From the NCBI GenBank assembly GCA_026770705.1, contig JANJGN010000095.1:1736001-1800000 (forward strand): a DNA stretch of 64,000 nt, given 5' to 3'. The position numbers were made by a program, and so were the translations under genes. Every line of letters begins with the position of its first letter. Position 1 is the stretch's first letter. This stretch comes from Isurus oxyrinchus (Eukaryota). The notes below the pieces were generated by a model that was given only the letters and a program-made list of their open reading frames with translations, ran no database searches and was not told where the DNA came from. Shown here one piece after another: positions 1 to 12,269 of this stretch.

Positions 1-97
1 CGGGAACACATTGAGGGAAAAATACCCAAATGTTAAAATGGAAGGTGAATATATAGATGTTCACCCTGCAGTGACTGGGAGATCCCCACTCTCATTG

Positions 98-215
98 TAA
101 AACAAAAACAGAATTACCTGGAAAAACTCAGCAGATCTGGCAGACCTGCTGAGATTTTCCAGGTAATTCTGTTTTTGTTTTGGATTTCCAGCATCCGCAG
201 TTTTTTTGTTTTTAT
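98..215 (+). mobile_element. Short Penelope-derived palindromic insertion with a 13-bp target-site duplication
   Basis: 99-181 is a near-perfect inverted repeat (aaaacaaaaacagaattacctggaaaaactcagcag...ctgctgagattttccaggtaattctgtttttgtttt). It is flanked by cccactctcattg (85-97) and cccactcttattg (216-228). The 3' sequence matches the element at 41828-41980. Confidence 0.75.
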
Positions 216-1229
216 CCCACTCTTATTGCGTCCAGTTCCTGCTGGGCCGCCGTCTTGCATTTGTGCAGCAGCTGTTTATTATTCGGTTCAGCTCTGTATC
301 TCCCGACATTGGTTCACCATCCTGTCGATGCTGCTGTCTCATGAACTCCGAGAAGGTAACGCATTCGCTTATTAAAATCACAAGAGAGACGCTCTTTTAC
401 TGAAACATTTGGTCCCAGACCGAGTGTTTAGTTCACCATCCAACAGCTCCTGGGAATTACATGCAATATATTTACTTTCTTCATAAATGCCTGGCTACTG
501 GTTGATATGTGTACTCACCGTTGACTGTCTCAATGACCATTAAGGGTAAAGGCTTCCTCCCGTCTTCTGTAGAAGCTGTGCCCCTGCAGCTTGAGTTCAG
601 AAGGACATCACTAGTGAAGAGTGCATGCACCAGGCGGCTTATAACCAGATTTCTCTTTTCTAACTATTTCAGAGTCTCCAATTTTTCCGGTGCAACAAAA
701 AATGTTTGACGATGTTGCACTTTCACTTTCTCTTGCCCAGGTTTCTGAAAGTTAGGGAATTAATTTGAGATCCTGATAGTCTGATGGCTGCAAATGCGTG
801 TTGCTGCTAAAACACGATAGGATGTGAAAACTGGACAATGTGCTTTCATGTCCTGAGTGAATTGTACTTGCCTCAAATCTTCATTCCCACTCCCATTCTT
901 CAATCCTGCCTCCAGGAGGTATTCTTTGTGTGAAAATGCGGCTCTGCATCTATGTAATTACGGCATTAATGGGTGGTTGATTGGCAGTTACCCCCTGAGG
1001 TTGGCATAATGCTCGGAATAACTGCTGGTCGCTTTGAAAAATATTATTAAAAATGTTTCAATGATGGACACTGAACCATCGTAAAGAGCGAGTCAAAGCG
1101 TGATCGCTGCGATTTCTCATTTAATTTCCCAACCTGGTGACAAGAATCACTCAAAGCGTCGAGGCTGAGCTAGGCAGACCACTATGTGCCTTACAGAGCG
1201 ATAGAGCAAGGACTTTCTTCATTCTCTCC

Positions 1230-1530
1230 AATGTAACATCCCTGACAAGGCCGGCATCCCCATCCCTTGAGAATGGTTAAGTGTCAACCACATTTCTGCA
1301 GACCAGGCTGGGCAAGGACAGCAGATTTCCTTCCGTACGGGACATTTATGAACCGGCTTTTTTTTACAACAACCGACGATACTCTAATGTTGGCCAGCAT
1401 TATTTAAATTAGTTTTATATCCCAGAATGTCTCAACTGATTTGAAATTCGATCAGCTGCCATAGTTGGATTTGAACCTATGTCCCCTGAGCACTAGCCTC
1501 TCTGGATTACTAATCCAGTGACATCAACAG
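1230..1530 (-). mobile_element. tRNA-headed SINE in a BEN-gene intron
   Basis: The reverse complement starts gtcactggattagtaatccagag...ggttcaaatcc (tRNA-like head with B box). The body motif cagatttccttcc recurs, degraded, near 39380-39560 and 60715-60900. Confidence 0.6.
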
Positions 1531-3001
1531 AGAAAAAGGCCAGTCAATTGATGTAGGTACCATTGTCTCTGATCAATTGCTTGTGAGTATATTCTTGGCA
1601 AAGTCAAGGGTGAGAACATGATGTGATCTCTCAGTTTGACCTAAATTCACATATTGTTGGGAGGGTTCCACAAGCACTCACCGACTTTTCATCTTCACGC
1701 CTGCTGTCAATTGCCACTGGGACCAAAGGGACCAAAAATCTCCCGCATGAGCTTTCCAGGATTCACAGCTTCAATGGAAAGGGGAAAGTCGCTGGTTGCT
1801 TTATCTTGCTCTCCAGAGGAATCCAAGGGCTATAGATTCAGAAGCTGTGGAGAGGCAGAAGGGCGGGGGCCACGTGGGGATGATCCACGTGAATTTCATT
1901 ACATTCAATTGCAGGATCTCTATTCACAGAACTCTGTTTTCAGGTGCCTCAAACAATTCATCATAATGTGCAGGGACCCGGCAATCACTGACTGTAGAGG
2001 AAGCTGCTGATTTGTGGAGTGCAGCATGGAACAGGGAATTCTTACCCAGCTTGTCACACAGAGGACATGCTAGTGCCTTGGTCCAGCTGTTAAATTGAGC
2101 CCGCGGTCTATGGTACTCTGCACACAGGATACCATTCTCCTGCCTCTGGGCTTCTATTTCAGCCTGTCATACTCGCTGTCTGACCACTGATATTTATGGA
2201 GATGGATAAAGTGGTGTTGGATCTGCGATGCTGGACTGTGCATGTGCATTACCCACCCATGTAAGTTCAGCTGTTACCAAAGGAAGCTCAGCAGCATGTG
2301 ACTTTGAAAGCAGCTGGTGAGGGGCTCTGATTGGCCTGATGTGGCTGTTGTCATTCTGACTGGGGGCTAAACGTTGAGACTCTGCCTCATGCTGCCATTC
2401 GTCCTTCCCTCTGGCTGCCTCACTTGGCTCCTTTCCGCTGTCACTGTAGAGAGTGGCAGTTTCACCAATGCCGACCACTGCTTGGTGCCACTGGTGGAGG
2501 TTCACACCGTCCTGTTGGTAGGTCGTTCCTCCTCCTGATCATCCTCCAGCTTGGCCACTAACCCTGCACACTTCTGTCGGCTAGTCTACAACCTAAGCCC
2601 AGGTGAATGACACTACTTTCCCTTTTTTCTGTGCTGAGCCACCCCATTGCCTTGGAGTCCAGCAGTGGGAGGGTGCACACTGCCCTTGGTCTTTATTCAC
2701 CTTCTGTGCGCTCGCTCCTGCAGCACGGTCAGCAGCAGCACCCAGCTGCAGATCAGCAGGTTGCTGAGCGGTCCTCAGCTCCTTCTTTAACTCTCCAAGA
2801 GTAATATTTGAATGTCTCAGAAATCAGTCAATTCACAATGAAAAGGATTGAATAAAAGGGTTCTTTGTTTATTGCAGCTATTAATATCTGCCTCTGTAAC
2901 AGTGCAATGATCATTGTTTGTGCTGCACTCTGATGACAAGAACCTAAATCATTTACATGAGTTCACTATTGCAGGCGGTCAAGTTGATCCTCTGAGCAGG
3001 G

Positions 3002-3413
3002 ATGGCTTATACCAAACAGATAGCCTGGAAGTCCAACAACGGCAATGCGCCCAGGAAGCAGCTGGCCTCCAAGGCAGCCCAGAAATATGACCCCTCCACT
3101 GGCGAAGTGAGGAGATCTCATCGCTACAGGCTGGGTACAGTCGCACTCTGAGAAATCTGCCGATGCCAGAATTCCAGATAGAGTTGTTTATCCGCAAAGT
3201 GTCCTTCCAGCGCCTGGTGAGGGAAATTGCCCAGGGTTTCGAAACTGACCTGACGTTTCAGGGTATGGCAATTGGAGCATTGCAGGAAGCCAATGAGGCC
3301 TAGTTGGCTGGAATGTTTGAGGACACCAACCTGTGTGCCATCCATGTCAAAAGAGTGACCGTTATGCCCTAAGAAACCCAGCTGGTACAACGGATCCGGG
3401 GGAGCGTGCTTAA
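3002..3413 (+). pseudogene. Processed histone H3.3 pseudogene
   Basis: ATG at 3002, intronless H3 reading [26 protein letters not shown]...[17 protein letters not shown]...IRGERA*. H3.3-type residues PSTG and xAIGALQEA. Several stops and frameshifts, no stem-loop. AATAAA at 3620-3625 and an A-run at 3641-3647. Confidence 0.9.
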
Positions 3414-5559
3414 ACTCTTTGCTTTATTACTCACCTCCAGACTATTTTGAGGTGATATTCAAACATTTTCTGAAACATTATTGGACTGTAGGTTTGGCTT
3501 CTTTTGGACGCTGGGCCTTTATTTTGTATTTTTGTTAGTTTTGAGTATTGATCGTGTCCTAAAGTTGAAATAGCGAAACATTTTGTAAACATTCCTTCGA
3601 ACTCTTGCTCAGGTTGGAAAATAAACTTTAGTATCTTTTTAAAAAAATGAAATGGTCGTGTTTGACCTATACACTCCCATCTAAACGGGAGCATTGAAGA
3701 AATTATTGTGCAGAGTGTTTTTTTTAAACAGTTTTCTGGCTAGTTTTGCACTCTACGTTGTTCGCCATGACCCCAGGCCTATTTACTAACCTCGCTTCTC
3801 CCTGTCACTGTGGCCTACTCTATGTTACAGGAGGAGAAAATGAAGAACAAATGCTTCCACTTATTCTCAAAATTTTTCTCAAGACCTTTCCTCGCCCCTT
3901 CCATTTGACACAGCGCGTCCCCCCTTCCTCTCGATCCTTCTTGTCGCTCATGCCAGACAGCGGCTCAATCCTGGTCAGCAGCTCCACGATCTAGAAAACC
4001 AGACATAACCTTTGGGTCGCTGTGGCTTGCTCTGCTGGGGACACTGAGTCCTTGGCAGCAATAATATCACTGATGTCCAGATGGCCAAAAGGCACGGTAA
4101 TCACAGTGGACAAAGCCTGATATGAACCTGCTGATGGACTGAGAATAGACAATGGTCAGAGTGGCAGCATTGGTCAGAAAAGACTGAAAATTAGGGTCGG
4201 GAAGCAAAAAGATCTGGAAACACGTTATGACAAGGATTGATGACTACACCAATGTAGAGTTTTGTTTGACCTCTATTGTACTGCAGATGTTTCTAGACCA
4301 TTTTCAAGTGGGTGTAAATATTAAACCTCAAATGGACATTTTGTCCACTGTAAACTAAGTTGAAGAAAACATCTCCCTATGTGCGGGAGTGGCACTGAGA
4401 AAGGGTGGAAACTGAAACAATTCTTGAATAAAGCACGAGCGGCAGATGAAGAGACTTCTGCAGTTGAGATAAACATGTCGCGGGGATCATCTCCCAAATG
4501 TGCTGGAGGCTTTTCAGATCCCCTTCAGGTGATGGCTGGCCTGCGGTCATATTTTCTTTTCTCTCTATCCTGAAAGCAGGGAGTCCAATTTGTAGCCCAG
4601 GATGCACCATGCAGTCTGACTCAGCACAGGGCTGAGTGCTGCATTACTAGCGGCCTCATCATGTGGAGGAGGTTTCAAACTGCAGCAGCCATGTGCCCCG
4701 TCTCCCTAAAGATCACATTCAGAGGATGAAGCAGAGAATTCTCTCAATGTAACAGCTCTTACACGCGGAAAGATTCTGTTAATGGGCCACTTATTTCAAA
4801 GAATATGCCAAAAAACATCAGGGTAGAAGTTTCAAGCCAGTTCTTCCCCCCTCTCACTCGCCTCCCCCATTAAAAACAACTCCAGGCCGGTCTTGCTTCC
4901 CTCCTCCCACATTCTATCACCATGCCATCCTGGCTCCCCGTTCTCCGTATCCATGCTTGCCTGACTCCCCAATTACCCCCACCCCTCACCCCTACCATGC
5001 CCCAATATCAGAATAATTGTTTTCATTCACCAATCCTCGCTCTCTCGGGATCCACATGGTTCTGGCCTTGCCCTTCACCTCTGCCCGACTTAAAACGTTG
5101 TGGCCTCTCCCATCTCGGTCCAAAGGCTCCAACCTCTCGTATTCTCGGTCCCGCTCACTCCTGATTCACCTGGAAATTTTTCAATTACCGATAACAAGCA
5201 GAAAAGGGGCACCGAACAGCACAGGATGTGGAAATACCCCTGGGAGCAGCAGGTACTGTGGGTGCGGCCTGTGGACCACACATAGGGATTTTAATGTGCC
5301 CACCTTTGTGTGGCCGGGAGGGGCAGAGGCCAATCCTCTAATACTGACCTTCCCAGGTACAGGTTGCATTCCCACTTCCTGTCCCGGAACAAGAGGGGAT
5401 TAGATGATTGTTGGAGAACTAACAATGCGCGGGGTTGCGGGGAGAAGGCAGGTGAATTACACCTGGTGAAATGTTCATGTTTTAAAATCTTGTATAAATT
5501 GTGGTTCGTTCTGCTATCGCTTTCAAAAATTAATGGCGGGAATAGCTCCCCATTCACAA

Positions 5560-5830
5560 CATTCTAAAAATGACAAATGAGACTTGAACATGTGGCAAGG
5601 CTGTTAAACAAGTACGACACAATTGTAGGTCGTAAAGTAAGTTGTGAAGAGGGCGTAAGGATCTTGATATGTTACGTGATTGGACAAAGACCTGGCAAAT
5701 GGAGTAGAAAGTAGTAAAACGTCAGGTTGTCCATTTTGTCAGCACGGACAAAAAAGAGGCACATAATCCAACCGGTGAGAGATAGCAAAGCTCTGAGATG
5801 CAAAGGAGTTTGGGTGTCCTAGTGCATGAA
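5560..5830 (+). mobile_element. CR1 LINE RT fragment (paralogues near 15370-15670 and 50090-50365)
   Basis: Degenerate DDTK...KVSCEE...DWTKTWQME...VVHF motif of CR1 ORF2. Confidence 0.65.
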
Positions 5831-6419
5831 ACTTTTGGTTTCCGTGTGCTGCTAAACTCTCATTGAAAATCGGACAGTCCAGAGTCCCAGGCGAGATCCT
5901 TCCTGTCTCTGAGACCAGAATGGTTGCTTTTGAAAAGTTCCCAATCGCTGAAAAAGCCTCAGTTTCGACTTAAACCTATTTTATTGCTGCAGAGATCGCC
6001 CTCTCTCACCCATTTGCTGACATGTTCTTTACTTTCCTACTGAAATCATAAAATCAACTAAATCTTTCCGTTTAACTCCCACTTCAGAGGTGAGTAAGTA
6101 TTAATTATTGCCCTGTCCCAGCAAATTCGCTAGCCTCCTCAATCCTCCCATGTTTCTGCAGGATTGCTTTGTGAAAATGGGCTCGTAAACAGCAAATGCC
6201 CTGTGGAGAATGGTCACAAATTGAGCTTCCTAAAAGGACAAGTCCGATTTTTTCATTCTTCTCTGACCTTTCCCCATCTCCAGTTCTTTTGTTCAGATGC
6301 TGATCAAAGTGAATTGTAGAAAATGTTGATTTCAGTTGCTGATTTGCAGCGGAAAACCACGCATGAGGTATTTAGTCCCATAGCGAATGCTGCTTGTTTG
6401 TGAGTTGGAGACTGAAAGA

Positions 6420-6765
6420 TACAGAATCAATCCCACACTCACAGCTAGTAGCAGAGATTGATATTTACCGAATCAATCTCAGATCCACCGATGGAAGCAA
6501 AGACTGATATTCATCGAATCAATCACACATTTGCAGATAGTGCCAGGGATTGCAATTGATCGAATCAATCCCACAATGACAGACAGTATCAGAGACTGAT
6601 ATTTACAGAATCAATTCCACACTGGCAGATAGTGCCAGGGACTGAAATTGATCGAATCAATACAACAAATACAGACAGTATCAGAGACTGATAGTCCCAG
6701 AATCAGTTCCACAATCACAGACAGTACCAGAGACTGTTATTTATAGAATCCATCCGCACTCACAT
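6420..6765. repeat. 46-bp minisatellite, about 7.5 units
   Basis: gaatcaat recurs at 6424, 6470, 6516, 6562, 6608, 6654, about 6699 and about 6746. Unit is approximately gaatcaatcccacaatgacagacagtatcagagactgatatttaca. Confidence 0.9.
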
Positions 6766-7739
6766 GCATAGAAAAACATTGCAGGGTTACGCGGAGTGGC
6801 AGTGGGTGAATTGTTCCTTTAGAGGGCCAGAACAGATTAGATGGCCCAAATAGCCTCTTTCAGAGTTGTCGCCATTCTATGATTCTAATGTAAAATACTG
6901 GAAAAACTGAGTAGCTCTGGCAGTATCGATGCTTCGATAGCGGGTCGATTTGTTAAAACTTCTATCAAGGTGAAATGTGAAACCCCATATCCTGTCTCCG
7001 GAGATGCTGCAGGACCTGCTGAGTTTTTCCAGCACCTTCTGTTATTATTTCAGATTCCCAGCGTGAGCAGTCTGTCACTTTATGAACAATAAAACAATCC
7101 CTGCGCAGGAATCGGTATTCAAATAAGATATTGGAAGCAGCAGATGGAAAATATTCAGAGAATCGCTGAATGTTACAAATCTGAGTAATTCTATCCCGGC
7201 TCCACACTACAGCTCAGGAAAAGCCTTAATTATCATCAAGAAGGAATACATCTGAGTTACATTTTAAATGGAAGATAAGTGGAGGTGGGAATTAATTATA
7301 TTTCTATTAAACCCGCCCATGTGTTCGGAGCAAAATTTCATCGAAACGGATCAAATTCAGCTTCAAGCTTGGGGTTTCCGATTTGAGAGGTTAAAAAAAA
7401 ACAAGAAATTGCGGCTGCTGGAAATCGAACTGGGGGTCAAATAATTCGAAAGCAGCTATGCTCCACTGTATCACCATCGCTAAATACTGATATTGGCACA
7501 TAGCCATAAGTCACAAAAGTCTTATCAAGAGGGTTATAATGACAAATAAAGCAAAAATAATGCTGAGCCACAGAAGGAGATATTAGATCAGATGACAAAA
7601 GCTTGGTCAAAGGGGAAACTGTTAAGTAACATCTTAAAGATCAGAAGGAGCTGTAGAAGTGGAGTAGTTTAGGGAGGGAATGCAGAATTTTAGACCAGAT
7701 CGGCATTAAGCACGGTTGTCAATTTGCAGAGAATAAAAT

Positions 7740-8860
7740 CCCATCTCTAGTTTCCCTTGAGAAAATGCTGCTGAATTGCATTGTCCATTCCACGTGGTGT
7801 ATGTACACCCACAGTTCCGTTAGCGGTGGGGTGAGGGGGGTGGTGGGGGACCGGGGTTTCTAGGGTATTGATCCAGAGGTAGTGAAGGAACAGCGATATG
7901 TTTCCATGTCAGAATGGTGTGAGGGTTGGAGGAGAACTCCCAAGTAGCGGTGTCCCCGTGCATCTGCTGCCCTTGTCCTTCCAGATGGTAGTGTTCGTGG
8001 GTTTGGAATTTGCTGTCCAAGGAGTCTTGGTGAGTTCCTACAGTGCATCGTCTGGGTGAAGAACACTTCTGCTACTGTACTCTCGTGGTGGAGGGATTTT
8101 GGGTGGATAGGGTGCCAGTCAAGCGGGTTATCTTCTCCTGGACGGTGTCAAGCTTCTGGAGGTTTGTTGCTGCACTCATCCAGGCCAATTGAGAGTATTC
8201 AAACACGCTCTTGACTTGTGTCTTGTAGATGGTAGACAGTCTTTGGGGAGTCATGAAGTGAGTTACTGGCCGCAGGGTTCCTCACCTCTAACCTGTCTTG
8301 CAGCCATTGTATTTGTATGGCTACTCCAGTTCAGTTTCTGGTCAATGGTATCCCAGGATTTTGATAATGAGAGATTCAGTACTGATAATGCCATTAGACT
8401 CAAGGAGCAATGGTTAGATTCTCCCTTGTTTGAGGTGGCCATTGCCTGGCGTTTGTGTGTCACGAATGTTACTTGCCACTTGTCAACAGAAGCCTGGAAA
8501 TTGTCCACGTCTTGATACATTTGCACGTGGACTGCTTCAGTGTGTGAGGATTTGCGAATGGTGCTGAACATTGTGCCATCATCAGTAAACATCAGCACTT
8601 CTGACCTTAAGATGAATTGAACGTCATTGATGAAGCATCTGAAGATGCTTAGGCCGAGGTCTCTATCCCAAGGAACTCCTGCAGTGATGTCCTGTAACTC
8701 AGATGATTGACCTCCAACAACAACTTACATTTGTGATAGTATGACCCCAAGTATCGGAGTGTTTTCTCTCTGCTTCCCATTAACTCCTCTTGTGCTCGGG
8801 ATCCATGACGTTGCACTCGGACAAAAACTGCCTTGATGTCGACGTTAGCCAAGCTCATCA
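7740..8860 (-). mobile_element. CR1-group LINE 3' fragment
   Basis: ORFs MFTDDGTMFSTIR...VDNFQASVDKWQVTF and TPQRLSTIYKTQVKSVFEYSQLAWMSA are non-LTR RT C-terminal motifs. Same family at 28030-29207 and 52860-53797. Confidence 0.85.
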
Positions 8861-9419
8861 CACCTGTAAAGGGGAAAGTACTGAAGACAGACATAATGAA
8901 GAAGGAACAAAAAATCTCCATAAATCAAGGCAGTCGAAAACATTGAATCTCTGAAAAGAAAAAGAAAAAGTGTGCAGGGATCAGGGAAGGCGGGGAAATG
9001 ATTTTAGAATAATTTCTCCTTCAAAGAACGAGAACAGACACGTTGGGCCAAATAATCCATTCCATGCTTATAAGAATCTGCGATTAGGAAACTTGAACTT
9101 CAAATGTAATTTACTGAAGTCCGGAATCACAATGGTGAATCAGCATTGCTTCAATCCAAGTTAGATATAACCCCAGTGTTTCCTCTGTGTGGTGTCTGCA
9201 AGAACATGAGAAATAGGCGCAAGTGTATAATGTGTCTTCCAGCTTCTCAAACATTCCATAACTTCCTGGTTGAATATCTGCCTTAATTTACCTTCCTGCA
9301 AATTCTCAGTTCTCGCTGCCACCCAGCCCCTTAGCAGATGAAGAATTCCCAATGTGTTAGTCGCAAAATAGTAGAATATGGTTCAAAACATTGCATCCTG
9401 GTGTTGTTCATAACTTTAT

Positions 9420-9488
9420 GCTGTGGTTTGGTGCATGATATCGTGTATCACTAATGCAGATGATCCTGAGTTCTAAATTCAATGGCGC
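9420..9488 (+). pseudogene. Highly decayed tRNA-Pro-like relic
   Basis: Paralogue of 41577-41646, followed by a T-run. Confidence 0.35.
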
Positions 9489-10399
9489 TTTTACTTTATT
9501 CAAATTAACCAGGCAATGAGCTGAGCATTTTTGATCAGGGGAAAGCATTTAGAATATTGTGCGAATATAAAGAAGAACAATAGGATCGGAATTCCCTTTA
9601 AACCGAGTGCACACAGTTGTGCTGAAGCATCTCTTCCTCTTCAGATCATTCTAATGAACGAATGGGTTTGTCTGGTTAAGTGAATGATAACCGCTTCTGG
9701 CTCAGAGCAGGAAGTTATGCAGGAAATCCCATTTTCTTTTGCTCTTTGACCTTGATCCGGCGCACACACCTTCACAAAGAGGGATATAATGGATTAAGTG
9801 ATGTCTCAAGGGATTTGAGAAGTAATTCTGGCAAAAAGAAAAACAATGCTTCTAAGGCATCTCCATCAACTATAATTTATTTCAGTACATTTTGTTCCCC
9901 TGTTTCATGCCTACTGGAAACTCCTTGACATGAATCTCAGTGAAACAGAGGGTGACCTTGTGATATCTGTCAATGTGTCAGAGAAGCGGATTGGGCCACT
10001 GTGGAACCCTTTCAACAGCGACTGGAATTGGACCCCAGGGTAGGATTGCTGTGATTCCCGGAATACATTGACAGCTTTTTATTATTGCTTCGTGGATGTG
10101 AAAACCACTGGGAAGGCCAGCATTTATATGTGGAGCTTACTTCTCCAGTCAGTGTTTAATTGTCTACCACTATTCACAACTAGATGTGGAAGGCCTGCAC
10201 AGCTTATGTCTGATCCAATGCTTATGGGGTCACTTCGAATGTCTGAGAGGGCAGGAGTCAATCGTTTTCATGACCCTAAAACCAAAGAGTGTTGTAATGG
10301 GAATAAGAGAAACAAGATTTGTAGAAGGCTCTGGTTCAGCCTCAGCTGGTGCATCCCACCCGGTTTTATTCGCTTCTCATTTGTAAGGATGTGAAAATG

Positions 10400-10885
10400 T
10401 GAAGGATGTTGGAAGGAGGGAAGAAAATGTTCATGAGACTGTTTCCTAGGATGAGGACCTTCAGTTGTGAGGATAGATTGGAGAAGTTAGGACTGATTCC
10501 CTGGGAGAAGGGAAGGTTGAGAGAAGATTTGCTAGAGGGATTGAGTATCACGAAAGTTCTGGAGAGGTTGGAGGGGAAGCATATGTCCCCATCCATGAAA
10601 TAATCAAGTTCGAGCTAGCGCAGTTGTTTAAAAAAAACAAAAGAGACAGGACGAAAAAAAAAACACATTTCTTTCTCGTGGAAAATGGTTAAGTTCTGGC
10701 ATGCACCGCCTGACAGTGTGGTGAAGGTAGATTCAAGGGAAGCGTAAAGAGGACAGTGAGACTGTTTTCTCGAAATGAAGACCGTCAATATAGGGAGAAG
10801 GCGGGGAACGGCACTAAGTGAATTGCTCATTCAGACACCATGGGTCGAATGACCTTCTCCTGCGCTGTAATATTTCCGAACATTT
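10400..10885 (+). mobile_element. CR1 LINE 3' end
   Basis: ORF FMRLFPRMRTFSCEDRLEKLGLIPWEKGRLREDL is the CR1 ORF2 C-terminus, followed by the CR1 3' UTR. Confidence 0.85.
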
Positions 10886-12269
10886 GTGATTGTAGGAGTA
10901 TAATAAGGAAAGTGAAGGTCTGTCCAGCTTAGGTGTGAGTGGCAGCACAGCAACGGCCCGAATGTAACATGGAGAATAAAGAAAGAAACGTCACAAACGA
11001 AACGAACAAAAAGAAAAAAAATACACTCTACAAACAACAGTGAGGCAGATATTAGGATCTAAATTTGTTGAACTCACGGTTGAGACCAGAAGGCTGCAGA
11101 TTACCCAGTTCGAAGTTGATCTGTTGTCCCTCGAATTTTGTTGCTCTTAAGGCCATTTAGTCCCTAGAACATGTTCAATGATGTTGTGTCTGATTGGTGA
11201 CTATCGCTATATGCTCGCATTTGCCCCATAGCCCTTAATATCCTGTAAAAAAACTCTTGCATTCTTAGGTTTAAAATACAATAATCGATCAAGGATTAAG
11301 TCCCTTGTACTGAAGAGAGTTCTGAAGTTCTGCGACCTTTTGTGCATTGAATTGTTTCCTAATTTCCAAGCTGGAACTCCTGGCTTGAATATTTTCACTG
11401 TGGACCTTAATCGGAGATGCCCAGGAAACTGAAATAGGTCTTGGATTGATTTTCTGTTTCCCTTAGCATTCCAGCATTTTGGATCAAATAAGTGAAGAAA
11501 TCACGGGGGAAAATTCGTTACAGGGGTAGCCACTGTCTTCAACAAAGGGACTGAGCTGTATTTTAGTGTCCGGAATTGAGGGACGTTCGGACGAAGCTGT
11601 AGCGGCCATATACGTGAAACAGGCTGGCCGGCAATAGGCAGTTTAACATTTATCCCATTTTTTTGAATCTGGATGTAACAGTTTCAATCATCCACTCTTG
11701 TGGAAGCAATGGGTGACTCTGCCTCTCTCGCTCACCAAAATTTCGATAGTTACCTGCCCTTCTATCTCACACATTTTCACAATTGCACTTTGCAGTTTTA
11801 TATATAATTGATTGTTTTTACGATTATTCTCATTTGAGTGAGTTGGATTTATATGAACACTGTATACAATATAAATACGATGAATAACTGTGCATTATAG
11901 TTATGTGGATGAACGTTGCTTACAGTATTCCAGATGCAATTAATTTTGAGCTCGCTATCTGTGTCAGGAGGGTACAGAACACATTTGTATGGTGGGCTGT
12001 CGGTGATCTCCAGTCCAATGTTTGTCGCAGAAACTGTGTGTAGGGACTTCACTCTGGCTCGAATTGTTTAGATAACAATTTACTTTTGACTTATCAGATT
12101 ACTAATCCAGTTGCATTACGAGAGAGAGATGCCATCCAATTGGCATAAACCCTGGTCTCTCTGATCCACTGCTTGTGAGCATGTTCATGGGAAAAGCAAG
12201 ATTGAGGGCATGATGTAACTTCTCAGTGTGACCTAAGTTCACATAATGTAGAGACAGTTCCAAAAGTAT

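Larger units (their letters stand above)
223..4080 (-). pseudogene. Multi-exon BEN-domain gene, copy 1 (all recognisable exons present, disabled)
   Basis: Minus-strand exons are approximately 4080-3858, 2792-2046, 1810-1682, 744-519 and 366-223. Exon 744-519 (AG/GT bounded, 226 nt) reads ...LK*LEKRNLVISRLVHALFTSDVLLNSSCRGTASTEDGRKPLPLMVIETVN. The last exon reads ...ELNRIINSCCTNARRRPSRNWTQ*. Together they give a BEN-type pattern. Lesions: in-frame TAG at 664-666 and in the first exon, start CTG instead of ATG, first donor GA instead of GT. Confidence 0.75.
1505..8690. repeat. Segmental duplication block Y, copy 1
   Basis: Colinear with 12097-17480 and 46398-53797. All three begin at gattactaatcca. 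Confidence 0.85.
8960..12096. repeat. Segmental duplication block X, paralogous to about 41090-46397 and partly to 30560-30930
   Basis: Shared colinear anchors, e.g. 9500-10250 with 41650-42550, 10840-11590 with 42640-43370, and 11650-12096 with 45930-46397. Confidence 0.8.

Noticed and set aside
5017-5403. ORFs conserved in all three Y copies (e.g. QYLLLPGVFP)
   Set aside because: Conservation is explained by the duplication itself, several frames are equally open and no family is recognisable. It could still be an upstream or non-coding exon.
6420-6765. CRISPR-like periodic array
   Set aside because: The whole 46-bp unit is repeated with no unique spacers, there are no cas genes, and the context is eukaryotic.
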